Part shown: positions 61,992 through 64,000 of the stretch, one piece after another
Layout: every line of letters starts with the position of its first letter
How positions within the stretch are numbered: the first letter of the stretch is position 1
Source of the DNA: a bacterium
GTDB taxonomy: Bacteria > Zhuqueibacterota > Zhuqueibacteria > Residuimicrobiales > Krinioviventaceae
Assembly (NCBI GenBank): GCA_963675755.2
Contig: CAXXMD010000003.1
Location: 1,600,001-1,664,000 of the forward strand
DNA length: 64,000 nucleotides
Reading direction: 5' to 3'
Position numbers and translations under genes: made by a program
The notes under the pieces: model-generated
The model's input: the letters and a program-made list of their open reading frames with translations, nothing else
What the model was told of the DNA's origin: nothing
The model's database searches: none

Positions 61992-63522
61992 TTTTTACTT
62001 TTTCCATAGCTCTTGGTAGATTGTTTAATATGTCCATAGCAGTCATTCCTGCTTCACCCATATCATCTTTTGCCAGGTCACCTGCAAGTCCGTGTATATA
62101 AACACCTGCCAGTGCTGCCTTGTATGTGCCCAGTCCCTGAGAGATAAAGCCGGCAATAATACCGGTTAGTACATCTCCGGAACCCGCTGTTGCCATGCCG
62201 GCATTACCGGTAGGATTGATGTAGACATCGCCTTCCGGTGTACCTACAAGCGTTGGACCGCCCTTGAGAACCAGAACCTGGTTCCATTTTTTACTGTATT
62301 TACGTACCCACTCTATCCGATCAGATTGTATTTCTTTGATCGATAAACCGGTTAATCGAGAAAATTCACCCGGATGCGGTGTGAGCACCATTTCTCCGCG
62401 ATAGTTGATGATGCTTTCCGGATGATTGGCGCATATATTTAATCCATCCGCATCCAGTACCATGGATTTATCAAGATCTTTTAACAATTGTAGAACCAGT
62501 TCGCTGGTTTCCTGTGCCTGACCCAAACCCGGACCCAAAGCAACAACCGATTGTTCATTGATCTTTTCTTTGATTTTATCTATGTCTTTGATTGAGAGGT
62601 AACCCTTGTCGTTGTCAAAAGGCCAGGTAATGACTTCGGCCATTTGTGATTCATATATAACATTAAGACTGGCTGGCGCACACAAATATGATAAACCGGA
62701 TCCGGATTTTAACACAGCCATACTGGACAAGCAGGCCGCACCAGTAAATCCGCGTGAACCGGCTACAACGGCAACCGTACCGAATTTGTTCTTGTATGCG
62801 TCTAATGGTCTTGAAGGTAATAAACCTTTAATTTCTTCGGGTTCGGGCATCCACACTTTGGAGATGTTGTTATCAAATGCCTTTTGCGGCATACTGATAT
62901 CGATTGTTTCAATTTTACCGGCAAACTCTCTACCGGGGGAAAACAACAGGCCAGGTTTTGGCAGGGCCATTGTTGCGGTAATATCTGCTTTAATAACGGG
63001 GCCGTTTATAGAGCCGTCATCTCCATTTACGCCTGTTGGAATATCAACAGCCAATGTTTTACAGGGCTGCTGGTTTGCCCATTCAACGTATTCTATAAAT
63101 ATTCCTCTTAATGCACCTTTAACACCGGTACCCAGCATTGCGTCTATAATGAGATCCGGTTTGACGATTGGCTGTACAAAAGTATCAAGAAATCTCACAA
63201 GGTGGTCCATTTTTTCGAGGATCTCAAGGTTAACCAGTGCATCGTCTTTGATCTTTTCGCGCGGGGACAGTACCAGGGTATAAACCTGAGCACCCTGATT
63301 TATCAAGTGTCTGGCGGCTACAAAACCGTCTCCGCCATTATTCCCGGGACCGCAAAGTATCAAAACTTGTTTGCCCGCAGGGTTGTTTTTTAATAGAACC
63401 AGGGCTTGATTTACCACACCAATTCCGGCATTTTCCATCAATACAACACCGGGTATTTTCAACTGATCAATACAATATGCATCTATTTCAGACATTTGTT
63501 TGGCGGTTACAATGGGTTTCAT
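61984..63522 (-). CDS. nnr: Bifunctional NAD(P)HX epimerase/dehydratase
   Basis: Motifs 'LMENAG', 'GPGNNGGDG', 'DIPTG', 'LDADGL', 'TPHPGEF' and 'ATAGSGDVL'. Confidence 0.93.
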   Translation of the reverse strand: MKPIVTAKQMSEIDAYCIDQLKIPGVVLMENAGIGVVNQALVLLKNNPAGKQVLILCGPGNNGGDGFVAARHLINQGAQVYTLVLSPREKIKDDALVNLEILEKMDHLVRFLDTFVQPIVKPDLIIDAMLGTGVKGALRGIFIEYVEWANQQPCKTLAVDIPTGVNGDDGSINGPVIKADITATMALPKPGLLFSPGREFAGKIETIDISMPQKAFDNNISKVWMPEPEEIKGLLPSRPLDAYKNKFGTVAVVAGSRGFTGAACLSSMAVLKSGSGLSYLCAPASLNVIYESQMAEVITWPFDNDKGYLSIKDIDKIKEKINEQSVVALGPGLGQAQETSELVLQLLKDLDKSMVLDADGLNICANHPESIINYRGEMVLTPHPGEFSRLTGLSIKEIQSDRIEWVRKYSKKWNQVLVLKGGPTLVGTPEGDVYINPTGNAGMATAGSGDVLTGIIAGFISQGLGTYKAALAGVYIHGLAGDLAKDDMGEAGMTAMDILNNLPRAMEKVKNG

Positions 63523-63902
63523 GGGTTATTCTCCTCTTTTTCAAGAACAATAACGGCAACAGCTGATGATGGGCTGTGCGAAAGGCTGACATGTATTGAA
63601 ACATTTTCTAATTTTGACAGCATTTTACCCCTCAAGCGAACTACCGGGCGGCCGTTTTTAGCGTTTATGATCTCCATATCCTGCCAGCTGAAACCAATTT
63701 GGTCGTTGTCATCCAGACATTTAATCAGAGCTTCTTTGGCTGCAAACCGGGCAGCCATAGAATGGATAGCATTATGTTTGGCTTTACAATAGTAAAGTTC
63801 TTTTGGGGAGAGTATCCGGTTTAAAAATTTATCTCCCCATTTATTGATAGTTTTTTCAAACCGTTCAATATCGACAATATCTATGCCAACAGATTGCACC
63901 AT
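63519..63902 (-). CDS. acpS: Holo-ACP synthase
   Basis: Motifs 'VGIDIVDIERF', 'ARFAAKEA' and 'VSLSH'. Confidence 0.93.
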   Translation of the reverse strand: MVQSVGIDIVDIERFEKTINKWGDKFLNRILSPKELYYCKAKHNAIHSMAARFAAKEALIKCLDDNDQIGFSWQDMEIINAKNGRPVVRLRGKMLSKLENVSIHVSLSHSPSSAVAVIVLEKEENNP

Positions 63903-64000
63903 AAAATCATTCCCTGATATGCATTAATTATATATGTTTCAACGCCTTAAAGTAACATTTGGTATATATTTTTGCAACAACTTTTCCTTGATTGTTAATC

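Noticed and set aside
62606-63283. Long antisense ORFs (also 13584-14201 and 17696-18169)
   Set aside because: Shadow frames opposite well-supported conserved genes.

Overview
This is a bacterial chromosomal window of fairly low GC. It uses Shine-Dalgarno motifs and encodes secreted proteins with 'NYPNPFNPST' C-terminal sorting domains, which suggests an FCB-group lineage such as KSB1/Calditrichota (inference). It spans the probable replication origin: gyrA-gyrB-DUF721-recF-dnaN-dnaA on the minus strand, four perfect DnaA boxes, and EF-G rather than rpmH as the divergent gene. The main accessory feature is a ~12 kb respiratory cluster (20.4-32.6 kb) with 42 c-type heme motifs counted by eye: Rieske, cytochrome b, a nonaheme cytochrome, a large membrane protein, an ImcH-like NapC/NirT heptaheme, a 19-heme CbcL-like c/b fusion and a 7-heme c/b fusion. 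A candidate structured RNA carrying a 13-nt complement of the 16S 3' tail lies inside this cluster. Next come a direct-repeat-flanked AT-rich gene, two tandem lipoproteins with near-identical N-halves and diverged C-halves coupled to a compositionally mosaic TonB-dependent receptor, and a cluster of REP-like hairpins. The rest is secreted proteins, regulators and housekeeping genes (rlmI, tsaA, yhbY, nnr, acpS). I saw no rRNA, tRNA, CRISPR array, transposase or integrase. All calls come from motif recognition by eye; no searches were run.
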